Source: Ginglymostoma cirratum
Lineage: Eukaryota
NCBI GenBank assembly: GCA_024137785.1
Contig: JAHRHZ010000002.1
Span: forward strand, 10,705,263 to 10,769,262
Direction of reading: 5' to 3'
DNA: 64,000 bases
Shown here piece by piece: positions 26,280-39,518 of the stretch. A program made the position numbers and the translations under genes. The first letter of the stretch is position 1, and the number at the start of each line of letters is the position of its first letter. The notes below the pieces were generated by a model. That model ran no database searches. It saw only the letters and a list, made by a program, of their open reading frames with translations, and was not told the origin of the DNA.

Positions 26280-27560
26280 ACAGTATTTGTGAGCTTGAGT
26301 CTGTGAGAATGCACTTTTGAGTGTATATCTTGCGATGTATTGGTGAGAGTTAGTCTATGATAGTGCATTGGAAAGTGAGTATCTGCTGACATGTATCCAT
26401 GAGATGTGTGCTTGAGAGCCTGAATCATGTTCCATCTCTTCGAGAGCATGTTTTTGAGAGTGTGGATCTGTGTTGAGTGTCCGTGGGAGTGCATATGGGA
26501 GCATGTGTCTATGTATGTGTGTGTGCATGTGTGTCTGTGACAATGTCTATCTTGTATTTATATGTGACAGTGTGTATATCTGTGCTGTGTGTCTGTGAAT
26601 GTATCTATCTGTATGTTTATGTGTTATGTGTCTGTGTGTGACTGTTTGTGATGTGTGTTTCTGAAAGTCTGTATCTGTCATGAGTATCTGTGACAGTCGG
26701 TATCTGTGTTGTATGTCTGTGACAGTCTGTATCTGTATTCTCTGTGGTGTGTCTGTGACAGTGTCTACCAATGGTGTGTGTATGTATCTGTGTTGCGCCT
26801 GTGATAGTGTGTATCTGTGGTGTGCATCTATCTGTGTTATGTCTGCGACAGTGTATATCTACGGTGTGTATGTATCTGTATTGTGGCTCTGTAACAGTGT
26901 GTATCTGTGGTTTATGTGTATCTGCATGTGTCTGTGACAGTCCATACCTGTGGTGTGTACATGTAAGTGTTGTCTGTCTGTATGTCTGGACTCTGTGACA
27001 GCGTATGGCTGCATCTGACAGTGCATATCTGTGTTATGTATGTGTGAGCATGTTTTGTGAGCCAGTGTCTGTGAGAATGTGCATATGTGCCTTTGAGAGT
27101 GTATCTTGTGTTACGTATGTGTGTATCTTTTACAGAAGTTTGTGAGACTGTGTCCATGAGACTGTCCCTGTGAGTGTATGCACTATATTTGTATGTGTGT
27201 GATATCATGTATGTGTTGTGCATCTGTGAGTGTGTCTGAGTATATGTGCTATATCCGCTGTGTTTGCGAGGGCATGTCTGTGAGTGCATGTGCTGCACTC
27301 CTGTAAGTGAGTGTGTGTGTGTGTGTGTGTGTGTCTTTATGTGTCTTGGATAAGTGTGCCAGTAAGTGTGCGAATATTGAGTACCTCAATATGAGAGTGT
27401 CTTTGTCACTACGCCCCAGTTACTGAATGTGCTTTTTTTGTCGATAGATTGTACAGATTTCTGTAACCTTTTTGCCAGTGTGTATGTGTGCGTGTGTATG
27501 TGTGCGTGTGTATGTGTGCGTGTATGTATGTGTGTGTGTGTTTGAGTGAGAGAGATTTTC
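26280..27560. repeat. TG/TATCTG-rich low-complexity region with (TG)n microsatellites
   Basis: Degenerate GTGTATCTGT/CTGTGACAGT periodicity; (TG)n at about 27311-27335 and 27478-27540. Confidence 0.9.
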
Positions 27561-27639
27561 GGTGTCACATCTTTCTATATGTGAGAGTCTGCCACAACTT
27601 CTCTGCACACTTGATAACATCTCCCAGCCCCTGATCGTT

Positions 27640-28078
27640 CAGATACAGAACCGGTGGAGTTTATCTTTTACCTTCTGCTAAGGGAAGAAACAGCGGGGGT
27701 TATTGTTGAGGAAAGTTTCTGTGCTTGTGACCATTAAATTAGAGACTGGGTCCCGCTTGCAGTCTGTCTCTCAAACCGCCCTGGAAACAAAAAAATACCG
27801 GCCGGTTTGTCTGGGGACAGGCGGAGAATGAGTGCTGATGCGAACGTGAGGAATTTCACACAAGCAGAGCGGCGCTGCGGAAACTGAGGCGAGTGTGGGA
27901 TTTGTTTTTCTCTCTTTTGTTTTTAAATTGACTCGCCTGCAAATAACCTGGGGTTTACAGTCACAGGCTCTGCTGGGAAACAGCCCTTTTAGAGGAGACT
28001 GCAGTTTTCAAATTATTGTGTGATGCATGCGCCGAAAGTCAGAACAAAAATCACGAGCCCCTGACATTTCGGGACAGA
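27640..28078 (+). promoter_or_regulatory. Putative promoter/5'UTR of the NCR3-like gene
   Basis: Non-repetitive and locally CpG-enriched, with several GGAA (ETS-core) sites, just upstream of the donor AAG|GTGAGC at 28119/28120. TSS cannot be determined. Confidence 0.4.
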
Positions 28079-28119
28079 ATGAGAGTGTGGACGAAATTGG
28101 AAGCGGATTTTGGAATAAG
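28079..28119 (+). CDS. NCR3: Putative exon 1, 3' part (upstream in-frame ATG, MRVWTKLEADFGI-R); may be 5'UTR only
   Basis: Strong donor AAG|GTGAGC. Splicing to the acceptor at 31253 gives AG|G AGG ATG, in frame with the leader. Confidence 0.45.
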
Positions 28120-31100
28120 GTGAGCTGCATTGGAAATGGGACTTGACATAAAGAGATTTTTAAAAAAAAAACTCTGGAGGGCTTTTCTCTTTTTAAATTA
28201 AAGCAAAATACTGTGGATGATGTGAGTCTGTGACACAGTCTGCTGGGGAAACTCAGCAGATCTCTGTGGACACTGAAAAGAAACTGAATTCGAGTCTGGA
28301 ATGTTCCTCGTGTGCAATTTCCACTTTAATTTCATCATGTGGAGGTGCCGGTGCTGGACTGTTGTGGACAAAGTCAGAACACATGACACCAGGTTATAGT
28401 CAAATAGTTTTAATTTGAAACCACAAACTTTCCAAGCGCTGCTCCTTCAGATTTCGCGGCGTTCAGTTTCATGAGGTCGACTCAAACGCTTGCTGCCTGC
28501 GCAGAAGCTATTATACACACAAGGTAATGGGCTGAAATTTCATTCATTAAGTGAGTGAGAAATGTGAATGTATGTAGCGCCAAGTTTTCGGTCCCAGTGT
28601 GAAGATTCAGCATTTTGTTTGAAAATCCAGCGAAAGTAGCGGACGAATGTAAGTTTCGCGTTGCAATATCACCGACGATAATTGTTATTTTGCTTCAAGG
28701 AAGAAAATATTACAGATTTTATTTTTTATTTCTTTCATATCCAAACGTTTTATTTCAAGCCAGGTTTTGATTTCTTGACAAAATGAACCTCTTTATTGAC
28801 CTCTTCCGCTCGTTCCCAAGTGTGATCGACTGTTGGTGGGTTACAGATGGATTTTTGGCTCTTTAATTCCTCAGAATGTTACACTGGACTCGAAACGTTA
28901 ATTCCCCTCTCCTCTCAACAGATGCTGCCAGGTCTGACGAGTTTCTCCGGCGCTTTCCGATTTTGTTTTTGTTCTTGTCCCAATTTGACCTTTCCAACAT
29001 CCGCAGCATTTTGCTTTCATCTCCAAATTTGGAGATTTTGCCGAGCGAGGGGAGAATTTAGCATCCGGAGACCATTGTCAGGCGAGCAGCCGTTTATATT
29101 TGGCAGTGTTACGGTGGAGTTGTGTCCCTGTCATTCCCAATCTCAACCAACCACATTCAGCACTGCGACCCAGACTACCCAGCCGAAAGGAACAGCACCA
29201 GATGTGCAGGAATATAGGAGCAGACCATTCTGCCCCGACAGCATATTCCGCCATTCAATGAGATCTAACTGCATTTGACCCATATCCCTCAGCTCATTAT
29301 GTTTTAATCGTTCATGTATTGGCTAGCCTCAACCACACTGCTGTGGGCCTGAAGTCAGGATAGGCCTAAGGGACATGAGTGAACAGATGGATTATCCCGA
29401 CAATCGGCAATGAATTCGCGGTCATCATTAGACTCTTGATTCCAGATTTTTATTGAATTCAAATTCCACCATCTGCAGTGGTGGGATTCGAAACCCAGTT
29501 CCCAGAGCTTTATTTGGGTTAGCAGTCCAGTGATAATACCACGAGGTAATCACGTCCCCAAAACCTACCTCATATCTAAAATTAGCAACTGATCAACATC
29601 CAGTTTGTTGAAGGCAGTTCCAAACATCTATCACCCTTTGTGTGTCGGAATGCTTCCTAACATCTCTACTGAAGTCTGACCTTAATTCATAGACACATAG
29701 AAGAACCCTCTCCCAACTGATGCTCATGTGCTCTGTAGTTACATTATTCCACACTATCATTTACATTCCAGTGCATTTTGTCTCTCAATGTGCATCCATA
29801 ATGTCTAGATACTGCCTGAATATTTTCAATCTGAAACTATTTGCATGCACATCTGGAGCAGCTGACATTTGAGCCAAGTCTTCTAGCTCCAAAATAAGGA
29901 TGGTACCACTGTGCCACAAGAGGACCGTAACTATGCCACCGATCAAACCTGAGTGAGGAGCTTCCAATTAACCTGGTAATTCTGTCCAACTGTTATAAAG
30001 TCATAGAGTTATACAGCACGGAAACACACCCTTCGGTCCAACCAGTCTACGCCGGCCATAATCCCAAACAGACCTTGTCCCACCTGCCTGTGCTTGGCCC
30101 ATACCCCTTCAATTTCCTATTCACGTACCTGTCTAAATGCATTTTAAACATTGTAACTGTAGCCGCATCCACCACTCCTCTGGATGTTCATTCCACACAC
30201 AAACCACTCCCTGTGTAAAAATAAAGTTGCCCCTCATATCTTTTTTTTAAATCTTTCTCCTGTCTCTTTGGACTCAGTCATTTACTTCTTGCCCCATCCC
30301 CCCAACCCCATCTTCTGCATAAAACCTACCAGCTACCATCGGGTCTGAAGGGGATTACACCTGATTTCTCTCCACAGATGCTTCCAGACCTGCTGAGTTT
30401 TTCCAGCAATTTCTGTTTGCGTTAGAAAACAATAAACTGGCTTTAACCTTTTTCTTATTGCATTTCAGGCTTGTTTCAATCGGAAGGACTAAAGTTCACT
30501 GAGAGATTTTGTTGTTTGCATTTGTTCCATTGCATTGATTTGTGGTCAAATATCTTCCACATTGGGAATGGGAAAGCTCCTGGATTGATGCTTCAAGAAA
30601 ATAATTCTTAAAAATTAAAAGTCATGGATTTGTGACTCCATAAGTGTTCGGACACAAAGTTGAATTTATTTGCTTTCGATTCAGGATGTCCCAGGCCCCA
30701 AAGGCTTTTGTTGATCTTAAGTTTGAATGCATTCTCACGGGACTGTGTGTACACTTGGGGAAAATTTAACAATGGCAGAATGGATGCGCGGTTGGGTGAA
30801 ATGCAGTGGGTAGCTGCCGTGTAGCACTCATAGAGGGAGCTCAGGACCCCAATCAACATCCATAATGACCTTAACCATCTAAAGTGGGATGGTCATGGCT
30901 GAGTGGTGTTGTCACCAGACTGTTAATCCAGAGATCCCAGCTAATTGCTGGGGATTTGGGTTCGAATCTTGCCTGGGCATATTCAATTCTTGTCTTGAAA
31001 GGAAATCTTCACTTAAAAATCTAATGATGACCAAGGAAAAGCCCACACAATGTACATTAGGGAAAGAAACTGACATCCTAAACTAGTCTGGGCGACTTGT

Positions 31101-31256
31101 GACTCGCCCTCTGTGCAATAAATGCTGAATTAGGCAGCAATGCCCTCATCTTGTGAATGAATGGAAAACAAATTACAATGATGAGTTTTAGTTTCCGGTG
31201 CCAAGAGTGTTAATTTCACATTCCGTGCAATATATTTGTTTCCCTATTGCAGGAGG

Positions 31257-31299
31257 ATGAACCCAAGCACCATCCTCTGGATATTGGCTGTCTTCTCGG
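31257..31299 (+). CDS. NCR3: Leader (signal peptide) exon MNPSTILWILAVFS-G
   Basis: Acceptor tttccctattgcag ends at 31252, ATG at 31257, hydrophobic stretch, phase-1 donor CGG|GTAAGT matching the V exon. Confidence 0.88.
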
Positions 31300-34152
31300 G
31301 TAAGTATCAGTACGTTATGTATAAACTTTACGCATTGGTGTATGGTGACTGTGCAGCTAAAGGCAATAATGCATCGTGCAATAGACAAGCAAATTAGACT
31401 GCAAAGACACTGCTGAACAGTATCGCTTATGCTGTAATCCGCCGCAACTTCACGATGACCTAGTTCTACTCATCAACTGTTGCTTAATTATCAACCTGTT
31501 TGCCTCGCATTTATAAATTATAGAGCATGGGAACAGACACTTTAATCTAAATTGTCCACACTGACCAGACATCCCAGTCTGACCTAATCCCATTTGCCAG
31601 CATTTGGCCCATACCCTTAGCTCCACATGCCTTTTAAGTGTTGTAATTGTACCCGCCTCCACTACTTCCTCTGGCAGCTTATTCCACACATGCGCTACCT
31701 TCTGCAAGAAAAAAGTTATCTCGTAAGTCCTTTTTAAAACTTTCCCCTCTCATCTTAAAACAATGCCATCTAGTTTTGGAATCCCCCACTCTAGGAAAAC
31801 AGAAATTTCCTCTTGTTAAATATTTGTGAAGACCAAAACCATTCCCTCCAGTTCACCACAACTAACTCTATCTGTCTCCGTGGCAAGTGTCTTGAGGATG
31901 AAGCAGAGCACAAAATCATGGTGTATATATGACTTTGAGTTGAACTTCTTCATTGAGAGTCACGTTTTCAGATCATTTACCACTCACTTCCATCTTCATA
32001 AGACTGCCTGATTCCACCAAATCTCAATTCATCTGATGCTGGAACCATCAGAGATGCTATTGTTATCTCTATACTTGACTATACTGTAAGCACTTCCTAC
32101 ATTCCACCGTCTGTAAACCTGATCTCATCCGAAACTCTGATCGTCCTGCCATAACTCTCACAATGTGCTCCCTCCAGGCCCTGCTGGCAGAGTGACAGGA
32201 ATGCAATGTCACTGTGCTAGACTAATGCTGTATCAACACATTAACAAGTCCTACCAGGCAAGTGGTGGAATTAAGATTCATCATTGTTGAGGTCTGGAGT
32301 ACAAGGCTAGTCTCAATGATGGTGATTCTAACAATTATTATTGATGGTTCGTTAATGTCCTTTATGGAAGGAAATCTGCTATCTGTACCTGGTCTGGGCT
32401 ACATTACACATAACAATAGCATTGACACTTCAATAGACTACCAAACCATACAGCTCAATGGCAGTTACGAATGGGCAACCAATATTGACCTTACTAGTGA
32501 TACTCACATCCTTGTAAAGTGTGCAGTTCAGAAACAGGGAATTTGACTGAACCACCATTATTTCAAGTGTTTTACTGCAAATGAGCCTCTTCTTATTTCT
32601 TTTCCTCTCCTCCTACCATTTCATTCCATTCTCACTCATGTCTCACTGGCTTTCCCTTAAATACATCCTTGTTATTCACCTCAACTATTTCAAACAATTG
32701 AAAGTTTCCCACTTATCATTGGGTGAAAATTTATTTCTTGAATTCATTTTTGAACTTGTTACTGGTTATTTTGAATTCATGGCCCCGAGTCAATTCTGTT
32801 TGCTCATTTTTCAGTTTCTCTAAATTGTGTAGATCAGAAGAAGGTCAGGAACATGCACATTAATTTATGTGCAGTCTAATCACCCATTCATTTGAAATAA
32901 AATTAAACAAACTCTGCTTTAGTGAATAACTGAATGGGCAGTCTGTTTTAAAGATTAATTAAACGTTACAGCTAGATTGTTGAAAATCTTCAGAAGCAAC
33001 ATTTCTGTGGAATAAAAGCCTTGTGTTTAGCACCTTGATAGTTATGTTCAGGATGTTTCTACGATCCGGGGTGAACAGAGGGAAGAAAGTGGTTGTTGTT
33101 TTTTATACCCTGCATGAGTTGTCGTCAGTGCTCACAGTGACATTTCCTGTTCAACCTCAGTCTTTTCCTGGAACTGAGGAGTTGTAGCACATATCACTGC
33201 TTTCAAACTGGCCTTCTTATCATTTGCCATTTTCCCACATCCTATCATTGCGGAGTCGAGTGCTTTGCTGGATTTACAACGCTTGACCTCTCATAGCTTT
33301 CTCAGTCACAGAGTCTCAGAGTGATCATGGAGTCATCCTTCCTTTCTCTGTCCTTCCTCATAGTTATTGACACTTAACTTCCTGAGGACTTTTGCTGACA
33401 GTGGGGGATTTCAAGAGTAGGCAGCATATGAGGGGAGAGAGATTTAAAATGAACATGGGGGGCAATTGTATCAGAGAGTGATTCATGTGTAGAATGAACT
33501 TGTAGGGGAAGTGGTGGATGTGGCTACAGTTACAACGTTGAAAAGGAATTTAGATAAGTACATGAATAAAAAATGTTTGGAAGGATATGGACCAAGTGCA
33601 GGCAGGTGGGACTAGTTTAGTTTGAAATAATGGACTGGTTGGACCGAAGGGTCTGTTTATGTGCTGTATGACTCTATGACTCAGTAATATCAAAATAGCA
33701 CATTGGGTCTCCTCTAAATACGTGATCTCTGCGATAGATCAGCACTGCAGCTCTTTCAAATAACAAGTCACATCTACGGTGCTTTCATATCCTGCTTGGT
33801 GGAAACCAAGTGGAAGGATTTGCGGTTTTTGTTGATCTGCACATAGAATGGTGCAGCACAGTGAAGCCCATTCCGCCCACCATGCCAGTACAAGGTTTCT
33901 CAAAAAGCTCTTTTGTAATTGGACCGTAATCCTTTCCAAATGAAGGGTGCAGTCAGCTTCCTTGTTCAGACTGCAATGGAATCTGCTCTCACTGCCCTTT
34001 CAGACAGAGGACAGCATCTCATTGAGTGGTAAAACGGTTATCTAAACGTTGCTGCACATTCCCCCCCTATTGAGCTGGTAATTTGTTTATTCGTTTTAAC
34101 GTTGCCTCTCAAAGTTCCAACTTCCAATCACTTCCTCCCCTCTAATTTTCAG

Positions 34153-34485
34153 GAATCGGCGCAAGGAAGTTCCAAGTTGTTCAGAAACTTCCGAGGATTC
34201 TGGCGGAGGAGGGTCAATCAGTCCTCATCCCGTGCGAGTGGACAGGCCATGTCTCCTGGAATATAGGCTCTTTTAAATGGTTGAAGGATGGTGTGGAAGT
34301 TTCCAATCAGACAGTGAATTACACAGGGCGAGTGCACAGACCCCAAGAGGATTTCATCCAAAGCCATAATGCCTCCCTCTTGCTGAAGGAGCTGAAAGTG
34401 ACTGATTCCGGGATGTTTTCGTGCAGCGTGAAATTCATGCAGCTGGGTGAGGAATATGGGAATGGAACACAGCTCACAGTGAGAG
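34153..34485 (+). CDS. NCR3: Ig V-set (VJ-type) domain exon, NKp30-like
   Basis: Acceptor tctaattttcag, donor GAG|GTGAGT, 333 nt, phase 1/1. Has the B-strand Cys (LIPC), C-strand Trp (IGSFKW), DSGMFSC and a J-like YGNGTQLTV. Colinear with human NKp30 motifs recalled from memory (IGSVTW, EVRN..F.GR, FLHDHQAEL, LGVGTGNGTRLVV). Four N-glycosylation sequons. Confidence 0.95.
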
Positions 34486-34849
34486 GTGAGTGTTTCACTT
34501 GTCTGCAAATAGCCATGCGTGGCCGGAGAAATCAGTTCCACAGCGCGACTGGTAACTTTTCCCAGGTCTTTCCACCGATGGGGTTCTATTCAGTTCGAGG
34601 ACGCTCCCTGTAACACAATTGTAGAAAAGTACAATGTTGCACAAGTAAGAGATGCCTTTGGTTTGTTTGTTTGAGCTGAGTCAAACTCCAATGTTTGTTT
34701 TCTTCATGTACAGAACCAGACTGCTTTACTGACTTTTTATGTACATTTTTAATGAATAAAGTATATTTGTAAAGTTTGTGAATATTTATAAAGTCAATAA
34801 CGTGTAAACTATACATGGAAAGTTGCTACTATCGTGACTTCAGTATTAA

Positions 34850-35092
34850 ATTCTGTGTGGAGTTTGCACATTCTCCCTGTGTCTGCGTGGGTTTCCTCCC
34901 ACAGCCCAAAGATGTGCATGTTAGGGTGGATCGGCCATGCTAAATCGCCCATCGTGTTCAAGGATGTGCAGATTAAGTGGGTTAGCCACGAGAAATGCAG
35001 AGTTACAAGGATAGGGTCGGGGAATGGGTCTGGGTGGGATGCCCTTCCGATGGGCCGAATTGCCTATTTCCACACTGTAGGGATTCCATTCT
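34850..35092 (+). mobile_element. 5'-truncated V-SINE (HE1-like)
   Basis: V core and tail. Confidence 0.8.
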
Positions 35093-35307
35093 AAATTAGC
35101 TATGGATACATTATCAGCCTTTTTGCAAAATGTTTTGTCACATACTCCCACGAGCATCCTGATTACCCACTGTCCCAGATTATAATAATCAAGTAGGAAT
35201 CGATAATTTACGCAGGAGCCTGATTGTCATTTTGAAAATTAACTGGGAGGAATATATTGAAAATTGTAGAATAACAACTAATTTAATGTGCAAATGGAGG
35301 CAATGTA

Positions 35308-35856
35308 GTCATTGAGTCATACAGCACAGAAGCAGACCCTTCAGTCCAACCAGTCCATGCTGACCATAATCCCAAACCAAACTAGTCCCACCTGCCTGCG
35401 CTTGGGCCATGTCCCTCCAAACATTGCTTATTCATGTGCTTACCCAAATGTCTTTTAAACGTTGCAACTGTTTCCACATCCACTGCCTCTGGAAGTTCAT
35501 TCCACACACGAACCACTCTCTGTGTAAAAAATAAATTGCCCCTCATGTCTTTTTTAGATCTCTCTCCTCTCACCTGTAATATTTGCCCCCTGGTCTTGAA
35601 ATTCCCTATCCTACAGAAAGGACACCTATCATTTACTCTATCTCTACCCCTCATGATTTTATAAACTTCTATCAGGTCACTTTTCGACCTCCGACACTCT
35701 GGTGAAAAAAGTCCCAACTTGTGTATCCTTTCTTTATAACTCAAACCTTTCATACCTGGCAACATTGTTGTAATTCTCTTTTGAACCATCTCCAGCTTAA
35801 TAATATCCTTCCTGTAACAGGGCGACCAGAACTGGACACAGTATTCCAGAAGTGGA
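35308..35856 (-). mobile_element. CR1/HER1 LINE 3' fragment
   Basis: PLLEYCVQFWSPCYRKDIIKLE...FFTQRVVRVWNELPE. Similar fragments at 2862-2985, 30000-30265, 31518-31800, 33400-33682(+), 38562-39075(+), 42945-43260, 43427-43985, 44925-45090 and 62905-63265. Confidence 0.9.
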
Positions 35857-36493
35857 GCCTGATTTTCATTTTGCAAATTAACTGGGAAGAGCATTCTGAT
35901 AATTCTGAAGTTGCAGGAATAATAATTATTTAAATACGCAAATGGAAGCAATCATAATATTATGGAGAACAAAAGTGGAGAAAATATTCCTCTGTTGCTT
36001 GAAATTACACTTGAACCAAATTTGGAGTAATTTGGAGGCTTTAGATCCAGAAGGATATATTAGCCTTGCGAGATCACAAGCCTGACTTGCTAGTGTGGTA
36101 CTGCAGCTCGGTGTTTAAGCTGATGCATGGTTTTGGATTTTATAGATAGGAAAAAATTATTTCTTTTAGCGGGAGCATCAAGAACAATGGAACATGATCT
36201 GAAAATTAGAGACCAATTAATTAAACAGTGAAGGCAGGAAGCAGATTCAAATACAAAAGAGGGTGAGAATCTGGAACCCTCCTTGGAAAGCCTGAAGGTA
36301 CTGAAACTTGAAAAGGCAATGTTGATGGATATTGCAAGACAGTGTCAATAAAGGGGATGTAAATTGTTGTATTAGTTTGTCTTCAGGTTCGGATCAACCA
36401 TGATCTAACTAAATGATTGAATAGATGCAAGGGGCTGAATGCCGTGTTTCTTTTACCTGTGTTGTGCTCTGATTTGTTCTTTTTGTTTCTTAG

Positions 36494-36607
36494 AGAAACC
36501 AAAAGGTAGCATGACGCTATGGTTATTCCTGTTGATCGGTGCTCTGCTCCAACTAGCTCTCCTGTTAATTGTTGTGCCCTACTGTGTGAAGTTACACAGA
36601 ATGAAAG
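36494..36607 (+). CDS. NCR3: Stalk/transmembrane exon EKPKGSMTLWLFLLIGALLQLALLLIVVPYCVKLHRMK
   Basis: Acceptor ttttgtttcttag, donor AAG|GTCAGG, 114 nt, phase 1/1. About 24 hydrophobic residues followed by basic stop-transfer residues. Confidence 0.9.
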
Positions 36608-39518
36608 GTCAGGATGTGTATTTTTTTTGCTGTTTGGCAGATGTAAAGGTTGTGAGATATTGTGTTGCAAACATTTACATTTGTATTCTTAAGGTTGACG
36701 TATCTGATTGGCACTCTTAATCGCTTTGTCTTTATCGATCTCTTGAATTTCCTTCTCCCAAGCTCGAACCATTTGCCACTGTCTGTACCTCATCGTAGGT
36801 ATCACCTGTGGGTCAAAATTCTCACGCACCTTCTCTCCCCTTTCCAAAGCGCACACTACTAAAGATGTTAACCAATTAGAGTGATCGCATCCAGTTCGCC
36901 TGGTATGTTCCATTTCTCAAAAACCTGAGTAAAATCAACCCATAACTGACCTGCATATGCAATCAGAGGACTACACCTATTTAAATCGTCTGTTGGATCC
37001 CCTCTGTTACAACAGATCACAGCTAATGTACTTTCCTTCATACCTTCCAAATCTCCAATAGACACACTAACCATCACTAATTAACTGTTCCAATATAGTA
37101 ACAATCCATAAACACAGCTTTGATAAAAGGCAAACTCAGCAAACACATTGTCTCACATGCAACTCCCACAACAGGCAGAGAATACCCAATTTTTGGCTAT
37201 ACCCAAGAGAAGGAACGATTAAATTTCACTTCTTCAGCAGCCCAACTGCAACTGCTGAGAGCTGAAACTAAAAATCCTGGTTCTATGAGAACTTGACCTC
37301 ACCCTCTTAGGCTGTTTCCGTTGTTCCAACTTTTATCAAAAAAAGCACCTAAGGCCTCACAAGCTGTTTACTTTACTGGCTTTCCAACTAGCCAGCTCTG
37401 CACCTCTGTTTTATCCCTCTCATTAAAAAATAAGAAAATAACCTTTTAAAGCCACTGCATTATCACAAAATCATTTTAGCAATTTCCCCGCACTGCAGTC
37501 ACAGAATTCATTGGGGAAGGCGATGGTTGTGTGGGGGCGCTGAGGGATTAAGTGACCCTGGAAAAGGAGGTAGGGGTCCCCAGTCATTGCCGCGTGCAGC
37601 ATCCTGCTGGGCATTCTTTTCCAGCTTTCCCCAATCTCTTCCGTAATCACTCTGCCCTTCAGGCTGAACTGTCCCAAATACCCACTTAATTCTTTTCTGT
37701 ATCAACAGCTGAGATTTTAATTTATCAATCCGCTGCTAGCATTTTGAACAGTAAGCCACGGAGATTCCTCTTTCTCTGCCTACTTGATACAGAACTTTAA
37801 CAGCAGACTGTAAATTGGCACATTTTCTGTTCAGTTCATTCACAGTCTGTTTGGCCATGTCATGACTCCTGTTTGCACTGGGTACTCCTTAGTAAGCCTT
37901 CTCAGATTGGCTCAGGATGTGGCCCACGTACAACACATTTATCTGACTCCTTTGCTCCTGTTCCGCCAATTTTCTCAGTAACCTTTCCAACTGCTGACAT
38001 AATTTTCCTCATGTAACCTCTCGTTGTCTTCATGTAATATTTTATCCTCTAACTCTCTACCCGTTAACTGCTGCAAACAACTGACTCTTGTTGTAGCCTC
38101 ACTAAGTCAGCTTGGTCGCATGCTTTCCTTGCTCTCCACATGTTACTTCACAACATTTCTGACCAACGGATCGCAGACTCGTTACTAATTTACTGCAACG
38201 CTCAACAACTAGGGCTACGTCTTATTTAGCTCCTTCCTTAATATCTCTGACTGTGCTTGGCAATCTGCCATTCTTTACTCTTAACTCTTTAGGCATCTTC
38301 TAGGAGATACAAGAAGCGACCAGATTCACTTCACAAATTCTGCCATTAGTTTCTCACACTCAGCAAACACCCGCTTTATTCCCAACTGCTGATCAATTCT
38401 CTAAGGCTGGGGAATTCGACTTCTAAACAGCTTAAAGTCCCAGCTTATCAATGGCCACTCAGTGTTGCCCGAAAGGAGTACTCAGACTTTTTTACTCAGA
38501 TATGTGACAGACAAATGACAGGGAACTTCATTAAACAAGCTCTTCATTATTTCAACTCTCAGTTATAGGAAGGATGTTATTGAGCTGGAGAGGGTTCAGA
38601 AGAGATTTAAGAGTATGTTGCTGGGTATGGAGGGTTTGAGTTTTAAAAGAATGCTGCATAAAAGCTGAGACTTCTGTCATTAGAAGTTGAGAGGTGACCT
38701 TACAGAGGTTTATAACATCATGATGGGTATGGATAGGGTCAATGGAATGGTGTCTTTTCCCATTCTTGGGATTTGAAGACTAAGGGGCATATTTTTTAAG
38801 GTGAGACAAGGGATTTCAATGAGGCACAAGGGGAAAATCTTTTCCACAGAGAGTGGTTCACATATGGAATGAAATTCCTGAAGAAGTGGTGGATGGAGGT
38901 ACAGTTACAACATTTAAGGGTCACTGAGATAAGTACATGAATAGGAGAGCTGTGGGGGGGATATAAGCCACGAGCAGGCAGATGTGACTAGTTTACCTTG
39001 GAATCATGGTCAATGCGGACTGGTTGCACCCAAAGGTTTGTTTTCATGCTGTTTGGCGCTATGACCATGACTCAATAGAAGGCATACATTAGTTGCAACA
39101 TTTAATTCTTACTTCACTTAACTTAAATTGAAATTTAACTCACTTCATTTAAATTCACCTTATCTTACTTTGCTTAATTCATATTTAACCCCAATTCATA
39201 CTTTAACTCTATAAGTTTGGCTTGAATGAAATACGATTTGAGTGAAGTGGCCAACATTGCTCTCAGTACAGATATTGCTTTGTGATTCTTTATTTTCTCT
39301 GAAGATCACTTCAGGGCCTGACTTCTCAAATTTGGTCTTGAAGGTTTCTCCTGCAAAAAATTCCTTTGTTCTGTTAAATTATCTCAAAAAGTATGCACCG
39401 CCTACAGAGACTTCTCTGACGCTCAACCAATGGATTGACCAAAGCCAGATCACATTGTTCAATCTCAACTAATGGAGTTTATTGGTAAATAGCTCCCAAA
39501 TGATTACATCAAATAAAC

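Noticed and set aside
26280-27620. Cys/Val- and His/Thr-rich ORFs
   Set aside because: Translations of TG/CA low-complexity sequence.
34153-34485. Rearranging TCR/Ig V segment or germline-joined antigen receptor
   Set aside because: No RSS and no C-domain exon; it splices directly to a TM exon. The motifs fit NKp30.
34281-34613. 110-aa ORF as a stand-alone protein
   Set aside because: It is the V exon read from an internal TTG through the splice donor into the intron.
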